Below are positions 1-12,000 of a stretch of DNA of 64,000 bases, one piece after another. The stretch spans positions 2,728,001 through 2,792,000 of the forward strand of contig CATNEN010000041.1 in NCBI GenBank assembly GCA_950097015.1, in the 5' to 3' direction. The position numbers and the translations under genes are program-made. The notes under the pieces were generated by a model. It was not told the origin of the DNA and made no database searches. It was given only the letters and a program-made list of their open reading frames with translations. Origin of the DNA: Macrostomum hystrix. Its lineage: Eukaryota; Animalia; Platyhelminthes. Position 1 is the stretch's first letter; each line of letters opens with the position of its first letter.

Positions 1-448
1 CATTCAGCCAGCTGTTATACTCAGAATGCATTCAGCCAGCTGTTATCATCAGAATACATTCAGCCAGCTGTTATACTCAGAATGCATTCAGCCAGCTGTT
101 ATACTCAGAATACATTCAGCCAGCTGTTATCCTCAGAATGCATTCAGGCAGCTGTTATCATCAGAATACATTCAGCCAGCTGTTATCCTCAGAATGCATT
201 CAGCCAGCTGTTATACTCAGAATGCATTCAGCCAGCTGTTATCACCAGAATGCATTCAGCCAGCTGTTATCACCAGAATGCATTCAGCCAGCTGTTATTC
301 TCAGAATGCATTCAGCCAGCTGTTATTCTCAGAATACATTCAGCCAGCTGTTATACTCAGAATGCATTCAGGCAGCTGTTATCACCAGAATGCATTCAGC
401 CAGCTGTTATTCTCAGAATACATTCAGCCAGCTGTTATTCTCAGAATG

Positions 449-646
449 CATTCAGCCAGCTGATTATCATCAGAATACATTCAGCCAGCTGTTATACTCA
501 GAATACATTCAGCCAGCTGTTATACTCAGAATGCATTCAGCCAGCTGTTATACTCAGAATGCATTCAGCCAGCTGTTATCCTCAGAATACATTCAGCCAG
601 CTGTTATTCTCAGAATGCATTCAGCCAGCTGATTATCATCAGAATA
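449..646 (+). repeat. Doublet of 29-bp +A monomers (CATTCAGCCAGCTGATTATCATCAGAATA) 169 bp apart, a recurrent 6-monomer module (first example)
   Basis: The TGA made by the insertion ends at 463/632. The same 169-bp spacing recurs at 1445/1614, 3856/4025, 4838/5007, 5848/6017, 9547/9716, 10978/11147, 11989/12158, 15688/15857, 19035/19204, 20493/20662, 26884/27053, 33750/33919, 38459/38628, 39749/39918, 40983/41152, 41965/42134, 46678/46847, 51359/51528, 52790/52959, 53800/53969, 56967/57136, 59629/59798 and 63021/63190. 169 = 5x28+29. Confidence 0.95.
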
Positions 647-1740
647 CATTCAGCCAGCTGTTATCCTCAGAATACATTCAGCCAGCTGTTATACTCAGAA
701 TGCATTCAGCCAGCTGTTATACTCAGAATGCATTCAGCCAGCTGTTATCCTCAGAATACATTCAGCCAGCTGTTATACTCAGAATGCATTCAGCCAGCTG
801 TTTTCCTCAGAATACATTCAGCCAGCTGTTATTCTCAGAATACATTCAGCCAGCTGTTATACTCAGAATGCATTCAGCCAGCTGTTATACTCAGAATGCA
901 TTCAGCCAGCTGTTATACTCAGAATGCATTCAGGCAGCTGTTATACTCAGAATGCATTCAGCCAGCTGTTATCCTCAGAATACTTTCAGCCAGCTGTTAT
1001 CATCAGAATACATTCAGCCAGCTGTTATTCTCAGAATACATTCAGCCAGCTGTTATACTCAGAATGCATTCAGCCAGCTGTTTTCCTCAGAATACATTCA
1101 GCCAGCTGTTATTCTCAGAATACATTCAGCCAGCTGTTATCCTCAGAATACATTCAGCCAGCTGTTATACTCAGAATGCATTCAGCCAGCTGTTATCCTC
1201 AGAATGCATTCAGCCAGCTGTTATACTCAGAATGCATTCAGCCAGCTGTTATCACCAGAATGCATTCAGCCAGCTGTTATTCTCAGAATGCATTCAGCCA
1301 GCTGTTATTCTCAGAATACATTCAGCCAGCTGTTATACTCAGAATGCATTCAGGCAGCTGTTATCACCAGAATGCATTCAGCCAGCTGTTATTCTCAGAA
1401 TACATTCAGCCAGCTGTTATTCTCAGAATGCATTCAGCCAGCTGATTATCATCAGAATACATTCAGCCAGCTGTTATACTCAGAATACATTCAGCCAGCT
1501 GTTATACTCAGAATGCATTCAGCCAGCTGTTATACTCAGAATGCATTCAGCCAGCTGTTATCCTCAGAATACATTCAGCCAGCTGTTATTCTCAGAATGC
1601 ATTCAGCCAGCTGATTATCATCAGAATACATTCAGCCAGCTGTTATCCTCAGAATACATTCAGCCAGCTGTTATACTCAGAATGCATTCAGCCAGCTGTT
1701 ATACTCAGAATGCATTCAGCCAGCTGTTTTCCTCAGAATA

Positions 1741-3960
1741 CATTCAGCCAGCTGTTATACTCAGAATGCATTCAGCCAGCTGTTTTCCTCAGAATACATT
1801 CAGCCAGCTGTTATTCTCAGAATACATTCAGCCAGCTGTTATACTCAGAATGCATTCAGCCAGCTGTTTTCCTCAGAATACATTCAGCCAGCTGTTATTC
1901 TCAGAATACATTCAGCCAGCTGTTATACTCAGAATGCATTCAGCCAGCTGTTATACTCAGAATGCATTCAGCCAGCTGTTATACTCAGAATGCATTCAGG
2001 CAGCTGTTATACTCAGAATGCATTCAGCCAGCTGTTATACTCAGAATGCATTCAGGCAGCTGTTATCATCAGAATACATTCAGCCAGCTGTTATACTCAG
2101 AATGCATTCAGCCAGCTGTTATCCTCAGAATACATTCAGCCAGCTGTTATACTCAGAATGCATTCAGCCAGCTGTTATACTCAGAATGCATTCAGGCAGC
2201 TGTTATCATCAGAATACATTCAGCCAGCTGTTATACTCAGAATGCATTCAGCCAGCTGTTATCCTCAGAATGCATTCAGCCAGCTGTTATCATCAGAATG
2301 CATTCAGCCAGCTGTTATACTCAGAATGCATTCAGCCAGCTGTTATCATCAGAATACATTCAGCCAGCTGTTATACTCAGAATGCATTCAGCCAGCTGTT
2401 ATACTCAGAATACATTCAGCCAGCTGTTATCCTCAGAATGCATTCAGGCAGCTGTTATCATCAGAATACATTCAGCCAGCTGTTATCCTCAGAATGCATT
2501 CAGCCAGCTGTTATACTCAGAATGCATTCAGCCAGCTGTTATCACCAGAATGCATTCAGCCAGCTGTTATCACCAGAATGCATTCAGCCAGCTGTTATTC
2601 TCAGAATGCATTCAGCCAGCTGTTATTCTCAGAATACATTCAGCCAGCTGTTATACTCAGAATGCATTCAGCCAGCTGTTATCACCAGAATGCATTCAGC
2701 CAGCTGTTATTCTCAGAATACATTCAGCCAGCTGTTATTCTCAGAATGCATTCAGCCAGCTGATTATCATCAGAATACATTCAGCCAGCTGTTATACTCA
2801 GAATACATTCAGCCAGCTGTTATACTCAGAATGCATTCAGCCAGCTGTTATACTCAGAATGCATTCAGCCAGCTGTTTTCCTCAGAATACATTCAGCCAG
2901 CTGTTATTCTCAGAATACATTCAGCCAGCTGTTATACTCAGAATGCATTCAGCCAGCTGTTTTCCTCAGAATACATTCAGCCAGCTGTTATTCTCAGAAT
3001 ACATTCAGCCAGCTGTTATACTCAGAATGCATTCAGCCAGCTGTTATACTCAGAATGCATTCAGCCAGCTGTTATACTCAGAATGCATTCAGGCAGCTGT
3101 TATACTCAGAATGCATTCAGCCAGCTGTTATACTCAGAATGCATTCAGGCAGCTGTTATCATCAGAATACATTCAGCCAGCTGTTATACTCAGAATGCAT
3201 TCAGCCAGCTGTTATCCTCAGAATACATTCAGCCAGCTGTTATACTCAGAATGCATTCAGCCAGCTGTTATACTCAGAATGCATTCAGGCAGCTGTTATC
3301 ATCAGAATACATTCAGCCAGCTGTTATACTCAGAATGCATTCAGCCAGCTGTTATCCTCAGAATGCATTCAGCCAGCTGTTATCATCAGAATGCATTCAG
3401 CCAGCTGTTATACTCAGAATGCATTCAGCCAGCTGTTATCATCAGAATACATTCAGCCAGCTGTTATACTCAGAATGCATTCAGCCAGCTGTTATACTCA
3501 GAATACATTCAGCCAGCTGTTATCCTCAGAATGCATTCAGGCAGCTGTTATCATCAGAATACATTCAGCCAGCTGTTATCCTCAGAATGCATTCAGCCAG
3601 CTGTTATACTCAGAATGCATTCAGCCAGCTGTTATCACCAGAATGCATTCAGCCAGCTGTTATCACCAGAATGCATTCAGCCAGCTGTTATTCTCAGAAT
3701 GCATTCAGCCAGCTGTTATTCTCAGAATACATTCAGCCAGCTGTTATACTCAGAATGCATTCAGGCAGCTGTTATCACCAGAATGCATTCAGCCAGCTGT
3801 TATTCTCAGAATACATTCAGCCAGCTGTTATTCTCAGAATGCATTCAGCCAGCTGATTATCATCAGAATACATTCAGCCAGCTGTTATACTCAGAATACA
3901 TTCAGCCAGCTGTTATACTCAGAATGCATTCAGCCAGCTGTTATACTCAGAATGCATTCA
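1741..3960 (+). repeat. Tandem duplication of 1093 bp (39 monomers): 1741-2833 and 2834-3926
   Basis: The variant order matches (1990<->3083, 2763<->3856). I noticed one difference, CAGCC versus CAGGC, near 2671/3764. 1093 = 39x28+1. Confidence 0.88.
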
Positions 3961-6017
3961 GCCAGCTGTTATCCTCAGAATACATTCAGCCAGCTGTTAT
4001 TCTCAGAATGCATTCAGCCAGCTGATTATCATCAGAATACATTCAGCCAGCTGTTATCCTCAGAATACATTCAGCCAGCTGTTATACTCAGAATGCATTC
4101 AGCCAGCTGTTATACTCAGAATGCATTCAGCCAGCTGTTATCCTCAGAATACATTCAGCCAGCTGTTATACTCAGAATGCATTCAGCCAGCTGTTTTCCT
4201 CAGAATACATTCAGCCAGCTGTTATTCTCAGAATACATTCAGCCAGCTGTTATACTCAGAATGCATTCAGCCAGCTGTTATACTCAGAATGCATTCAGCC
4301 AGCTGTTATACTCAGAATGCATTCAGGCAGCTGTTATACTCAGAATGCATTCAGCCAGCTGTTATCCTCAGAATACTTTCAGCCAGCTGTTATCATCAGA
4401 ATACATTCAGCCAGCTGTTATTCTCAGAATACATTCAGCCAGCTGTTATACTCAGAATGCATTCAGCCAGCTGTTTTCCTCAGAATACATTCAGCCAGCT
4501 GTTATTCTCAGAATACATTCAGCCAGCTGTTATCCTCAGAATACATTCAGCCAGCTGTTATACTCAGAATGCATTCAGCCAGCTGTTATCCTCAGAATGC
4601 ATTCAGCCAGCTGTTATACTCAGAATGCATTCAGCCAGCTGTTATCACCAGAATGCATTCAGCCAGCTGTTATTCTCAGAATGCATTCAGCCAGCTGTTA
4701 TTCTCAGAATACATTCAGCCAGCTGTTATACTCAGAATGCATTCAGGCAGCTGTTATCACCAGAATGCATTCAGCCAGCTGTTATTCTCAGAATACATTC
4801 AGCCAGCTGTTATTCTCAGAATGCATTCAGCCAGCTGATTATCATCAGAATACATTCAGCCAGCTGTTATACTCAGAATACATTCAGCCAGCTGTTATAC
4901 TCAGAATGCATTCAGCCAGCTGTTATACTCAGAATGCATTCAGCCAGCTGTTATCCTCAGAATACATTCAGCCAGCTGTTATTCTCAGAATGCATTCAGC
5001 CAGCTGATTATCATCAGAATACATTCAGCCAGCTGTTATCCTCAGAATACATTCAGCCAGCTGTTATACTCAGAATGCATTCAGCCAGCTGTTATACTCA
5101 GAATGCATTCAGCCAGCTGTTTTCCTCAGAATACATTCAGCCAGCTGTTATACTCAGAATGCATTCAGCCAGCTGTTTTCCTCAGAATACATTCAGCCAG
5201 CTGTTATTCTCAGAATACATTCAGCCAGCTGTTATACTCAGAATGCATTCAGCCAGCTGTTATACTCAGAATGCATTCAGCCAGCTGTTATACTCAGAAT
5301 GCATTCAGGCAGCTGTTATACTCAGAATGCATTCAGCCAGCTGTTATCCTCAGAATACTTTCAGCCAGCTGTTATCATCAGAATACATTCAGCCAGCTGT
5401 TATTCTCAGAATACATTCAGCCAGCTGTTATACTCAGAATGCATTCAGCCAGCTGTTTTCCTCAGAATACATTCAGCCAGCTGTTATTCTCAGAATACAT
5501 TCAGCCAGCTGTTATACTCAGAATACATTCAGCCTGCTGTTATACTCAGAATGCATTCAGCCAGCTGTTATCCTCAGAATGCATTCAGCCAGCTGTTATA
5601 CTCAGAATGCATTCAGGCAGCTGTTATCACCAGAATGCATTCAGCCAGCTGTTATCACCAGAATGCATTCAGCCAGCTGTTATTCTCAGAATGCATTCAG
5701 CCAGCTGTTATTCTCAGAATACATTCAGCCAGCTGTTATACTCAGAATGCATTCAGGCAGCTGTTATCACCAGAATGCATTCAGCCAGCTGTTATTCTCA
5801 GAATACATTCAGCCAGCTGTTATTCTCAGAATGCATTCAGCCAGCTGATTATCATCAGAATACATTCAGCCAGCTGTTATACTCAGAATACATTCAGCCA
5901 GCTGTTATACTCAGAATGCATTCAGCCAGCTGTTATACTCAGAATGCATTCAGCCAGCTGTTATCCTCAGAATACATTCAGCCAGCTGTTATTCTCAGAA
6001 TGCATTCAGCCAGCTGA
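3842..6017 (+). repeat. 35/36-monomer higher-order unit (982 or 1010 bp) bounded by +A doublets
   Basis: Spacing between first members of successive doublets: 463->1445 = 982, 3856->4838 = 982, 4838->5848 = 1010, 40983->41965 = 982, 41965->42975 = 1010, 46678->47688 = 1010, 52790->53800 = 1010. Confidence 0.85.
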
Positions 6018-9000
6018 TTATCATCAGAATACATTCAGCCAGCTGTTATCCTCAGAATACATTCAGCCAGCTGTTATACTCAGAATGCATTCAGCCAGCT
6101 GTTATACTCAGAATACATTCAGCCAGCTGTTATACTCAGAATGCATTCAGCCAGCTGTTATCCTCAGAATGCATTCAGCCAGCTGTTATTCTCAGAATGC
6201 ATTCAGCCAGCTGTTATCCTCAGAATACATTCAGCCAGCTGTTATACTCAGAATGCATTCAGCCAGCTGTTTTCCTCAGAATACATTCAGCCAGCTGTTA
6301 TTCTCAGAATACATTCAGCCAGCTGTTATTCTCAGAATGCATTCAGCCAGCTGTTATACTCAGAATGCATTCAGGCAGCTGTTTTCCTCAGAATGCATTC
6401 AGCCAGCTGTTATCCTCAGAATACTTTCAGCCAGCTGTTATACTCAGAATACATTCAGCCAGCTGTTATACTCAGAATACATTCAGCCAGCTGTTATACT
6501 CAGAATGCATTCAGCCAGCTGTTATACTCAGAATGCATTCAGCCAGCTGTTATACTCAGAATGCATTCAGCCAGCTGTTATACTCAGAATACATTCAGCC
6601 AGCTGTTATACTCAGAATGCATTCAGCCAGCTGTTTTCCTCAGAATACATTCAGCCAGCTGTTATACTCAGAATGCATTCAGCCAGCTGTTATTCTCAGA
6701 ATACATTCAGCCAGCTGTTATACTCAGAATGCATTCAGCCAGCTGTTATCCTCAGAATACATTCAGCCAGCTGTTATCATCAGAATACATTCAGCCAGCT
6801 GTTATCCTCAGAATGCATTCAGCTAGCTGTAATACTCAGAATGCATTCAGCCAGCTGTTATCACCAGAATGCATTCAGCCAGCTGTTATACTCAGAATGC
6901 ATTCAGCCAGCTGTTATACTCAGAATGCATTCAGCCAGCTGTTATCCTCAGAATACATTCAGCCAGCTGTTATCCTCAGAATGCATTCAGCCAGCTGTTA
7001 TACTCAGAATGCATTCAGCCAGCTGTTATACTCAGAATGCATTCAGCCAGCTGTTATGCTCAGAATGCATTCAGCCAGCTGTTATACTCAGAATGCATTC
7101 AGCCAGCTGTTATCCTCAGAATACATTCAGCCAGCTGTTATACTCAGAATACATTCAGCCAGCTGTTATTCTCAGAATACATTCAGCCAGCTGTTATCCT
7201 CAGAATGCATTCAGCCAGCTGTTATACTCAGAATGCATTCAGCCAGCTGTTATCATCAGAATACATTCAGCCAGCTGTTATTCTCAGAATACATTCAGCC
7301 AGCTGTTATACTCAGAATGCATTCAGCCAGCTGTTTTCCTCAGAATACATTCAGCCAGCTGTTATTCTCAGAATACATTCAGCCAGCTGTTATACTCAGA
7401 ATGCATTCAGCCAGCTGTTATACTCAGAATGCATTCAGCCAGCTGTTATACTCAGAATGCATTCAGCCAGCTGTTATACTCAGAATGCATTCAGCCAGCT
7501 GTTATCCTCAGAATACATTCAGCCAGCTGTTATTCTCAGAATACATTCAGCCAGCTTTTATTCTCAGAATGCATTCAGCCAGCTGTTTTCCTCAGAATAC
7601 ATTCAGCCAGCTGTTATTCTCAGAATACATTCAGCCAGCTGTTATACTCAGAATGCATTCAGGCAGCTGTTTTCCTCAGAATGCATTCAGCCAGCTGTTA
7701 TCCTCAGAATACATTCAGCCAGCTGTTATACTCAGAATACATTCAGCCAGCTGTTATACTCAGAATGCATTCAGGCAGCTGTTATACTCAGAATGCATTC
7801 AGCCAGCTGTTATCCTCAGAATACATTCAGCCAGCTGTTATTCTCAGAATGCATTCAGCCAGCTGATTATCATCAGAATACATTCAGCCAGCTGTTATCC
7901 TCAGAATACATTCAGCCAGCTGTTATACTCAGAATGCATTCAGCCAGCTGTTATACTCAGAATGCATTCAGCCAGCTGTTATCCTCAGAATACATTCAGC
8001 CAGCTGTTATACTCAGAATGCATTCAGCCAGCTGTTTTCCTCAGAATACATTCAGCCAGCTGTTATTCTCAGAATACATTCAGCCAGCTGTTATACTCAG
8101 AATGCATTCAGCCAGCTGTTATACTCAGAATGCATTCAGGCAGCTGTTTTCCTCAGAATGCATTCAGCCAGCTGTTATCCTCAGAATACTTTCAGCCAGC
8201 TGTTATACTCAGAATACATTCAGCCAGCTGTTATACTCAGAATACATTCAGCCAGCTGTTATACTCAGAATGCATTCAGCCAGCTGTTATACTCAGAATG
8301 CATTCAGCCAGCTGTTATACTCAGAATGCATTCAGCCAGCTGTTATACTCAGAATACATTCAGCCAGCTGTTATACTCAGAATGCATTCAGCCAGCTGTT
8401 TTCCTCAGAATACATTCAGCCAGCTGTTATACTCAGAATGCATTCAGCCAGCTGTTATTCTCAGAATACATTCAGCCAGCTGTTATACTCAGAATGCATT
8501 CAGCCAGCTGTTATCCTCAGAATACATTCAGCCAGCTGTTATCATCAGAATACATTCAGCCAGCTGTTATCCTCAGAATGCATTCAGCTAGCTGTAATAC
8601 TCAGAATGCATTCAGCCAGCTGTTATCACCAGAATGCATTCAGCCAGCTGTTATACTCAGAATGCATTCAGCCAGCTGTTATACTCAGAATGCATTCAGC
8701 CAGCTGTTATACTCAGAATGCATTCAGCCAGCTGTTATCATCAGAATGCATTCAGCCAGCTGTTATCCTCAGAATACATTCAGCCAGCTGTTATCCTCAG
8801 AATACATTCAGCCAGCTGTTATTCTCAGAATGCATTCAGCCAGCTGTTATACTCAGAATGCATTCAGGCAGCTGTTATCACCAGAATGCATTCAGCCAGC
8901 TGTTATCACCAGAATGCATTCAGCCAGCTGTTATTCTCAGAATGCATTCAGCCAGCTGTTATTCTCAGAATACATTCAGCCAGCTGTTATTCTCAGAATA

Positions 9001-12000
9001 CATTCAGCCAGCTGTTATTCTCAGAATACATTCAGCCAGCTGTTATTCTCAGAATGCATTCAGCCAGCTGTTATACTCAGAATGCATTCAGCTAGCTGTT
9101 ATCCTCAGAATGCATTCAGCCAGCTGTTATCATCAGAATACATTCAGCCAGCTGTTATACTCAGAATGCATTCAGCCAGCTGTTATCCTCAGAATGCATT
9201 CAGCTAGCTGTTATACTCAGAATACATTCAGCCAGCTGTTATACTCAGAATGCATTCAGCCAGCTGTTATCCTCAGAATGCATTCAGCCAGCTGTTATAC
9301 TCAGAATGCATTCAGCCAGCTGTTATCACCAGAATGCATTCAGCCAGCTGTTATCACCAGAATGCATTCAGCCAGCTGTTATTCTCAGAATGCATTCAGC
9401 CAGCTGTTATTCTCAGAATACATTCAGCCAGCTGTTATACTCAGAATGCATTCAGGCAGCTGTTATCACCAGAATGCATTCAGCCAGCTGTTATTCTCAG
9501 AATACATTCAGCCAGCTGTTATTCTCAGAATGCATTCAGCCAGCTGATTATCATCAGAATACATTCAGCCAGCTGTTATACTCAGAATACATTCAGCCAG
9601 CTGTTATACTCAGAATGCATTCAGCCAGCTGTTATACTCAGAATGCATTCAGCCAGCTGTTATCCTCAGAATACATTCAGCCAGCTGTTATTCTCAGAAT
9701 GCATTCAGCCAGCTGATTATCATCAGAATACATTCAGCCAGCTGTTATCCTCAGAATACATTCAGCCAGCTGTTATACTCAGAATGCATTCAGCCAGCTG
9801 TTATACTCAGAATGCATTCAGCCAGCTGTTATCCTCAGAATACATTCAGCCAGCTGTTATACTCAGAATGCATTCAGCCAGCTGTTTTCCTCAGAAAACA
9901 TTCAGCCAGCTGTTATTCTCAGAATACATTCAGCCAGCTGTTATACTCAGAATGCATTCAGCCAGCTGTTATACTCAGAATGCATTCAGGCAGCTGTTTT
10001 CCTCAGAATGCATTCAGCCAGCTGTTATCCTCAGAATACTTTCAGCCAGCTGTTATACTCAGAATACATTCAGCCAGCTGTTATACTCAGAATACATTCA
10101 GCCAGCTGTTATACTCAGAATGCATTCAGCCAGCTGTTATACTCAGAATGCATTCAGCCAGCTGTTATACTCAGAATGCATTCAGCCAGCTGTTATACTC
10201 AGAATACATTCAGCCAGCTGTTATACTCAGAATGCATTCAGCCAGCTGTTTTCCTCAGAATACATTCAGCCAGCTGTTATACTCAGAATGCATTCAGCCA
10301 GCTGTTATTCTCAGAATACATTCAGCCAGCTGTTATACTCAGAATGCATTCAGCCAGCTGTTATCCTCAGAATACATTCAGCCAGCTGTTATCATCAGAA
10401 TACATTCAGCCAGCTGTTATCCTCAGAATGCATTCAGCTAGCTGTAATACTCAGAATGCATTCAGCCAGCTGTTATCACCAGAATGCATTCAGCCAGCTG
10501 TTATACTCAGAATGCATTCAGCCAGCTGTTATACTCAGAATGCATTCAGCCAGCTGTTATCCTCAGAATACATTCAGCCAGCTGTTATTCTCAGAATGCA
10601 TTCAGCCAGCTGATTATCATCAGAATACATTCAGCCAGCTGTTATCCTCAGAATACATTCAGCCAGCTGTTATACTCAGAATGCATTCAGCCAGCTGTTA
10701 TACTCAGAATGCATTCAGCCAGCTGTTATCCTCAGAATACATTCAGCCAGCTGTTATACTCAGAATGCATTCAGCCAGCTGTTTTCCTCAGAATACATTC
10801 AGCCAGCTGTTATTCTCAGAATACATTCAGCCAGCTGTTATACTCAGAATGCATTCAGGCAGCTGTTATCACCAGAATGCATTCAGGCAGCTGTTATCAC
10901 CAGAATGCATTCAGCCAGCTGTTATTCTCAGAATACAATCAGCCAGCTGTTATTCTCAGAATGCATTCAGCCAGCTGATTATCATCAGAATACATTCAGC
11001 CAGCTGTTATACTCAGAATACATTCAGCCAGCTGTTATACTCAGAATGCATTCAGCCAGCTGTTATACTCAGAATGCATTCAGCCAGCTGTTATCCTCAG
11101 AATACATTCAGCCAGCTGTTATTCTCAGAATGCATTCAGCCAGCTGATTATCATCAGAATACATTCAGCCAGCTGTTATCCTCAGAATACATTCAGCCAG
11201 CTGTTATACTCAGAATGCATTCAGCCAGCTGTTATACTCAGAATGCATTCAGCCAGCTGTTTTCCTCAGAATGCATTCAGCCAGCTGTTATACTCAGAAT
11301 GCATTCAGCCAGCTGTTTTCCTCAGAATACATTCAGCCAGCTGTTATTCTCAGAATACATTCAGCCAGCTGTTATACTCAGAATGCATTCAGCCAGCTGT
11401 TATACTCAGAATGCATTCAGCCAGCTGTTATACTCAGAATGCATTCAGGCAGCTGTTATACTCAGAATGCATTCAGCCAGCTGTTATCCTCAGAATACTT
11501 TCAGCCAGCTGTTATCATCAGAATACATTCAGCCAGCTGTTATTCTCAGAATACATTCAGCCAGCTGTTATACTCAGAATGCATTCAGCCAGCTGTTTTC
11601 CTCAGAATACATTCAGCCAGCTGTTATTCTCAGAATACATTCAGCCAGCTGTTATACTCAGAATACATTCAGCCAGCTGTTATACTCAGAATGCATTCAG
11701 CCAGCTGTTATCCTCAGAATGCATTCAGCCAGCTGTTATACTCAGAATGCATTTCAGCCAGCTGTTATCACCAGAATGCATTCAGCCAGCTGTTATCACC
11801 AGAATGCATTCAGCCAGCTGTTATTCTCAGAATGCATTCAGCCAGCTGTTATTCTCAGAATACATTCAGCCAGCTGTTATACTCAGAATGCATTCAGGCA
11901 GCTGTTATCACCAGAATGCATTCAGCCAGCTGTTATTCTCAGAATACATTCAGCCAGCTGTTATTCTCAGAATGCATTCAGCCAGCTGATTATCATCAGA

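Larger units (their letters stand above)
1..5258 (+). repeat. Block duplication at offset 3393 bp (121 monomers): about 1-1865 repeated at about 3394-5258
   Basis: Markers map 463->3856, 632->4025, 1445->4838 and 1614->5007. ORFs 924..1445 and 4317..4838 translate identically. 3393 = 116x28+5x29. Confidence 0.9.

Noticed and set aside
20-35. Heat-shock element in GAATGCATTC
   Set aside because: An HSE needs nGAAnnTTCn (2-nt spacing). Here GAA and TTC are 4 nt apart.
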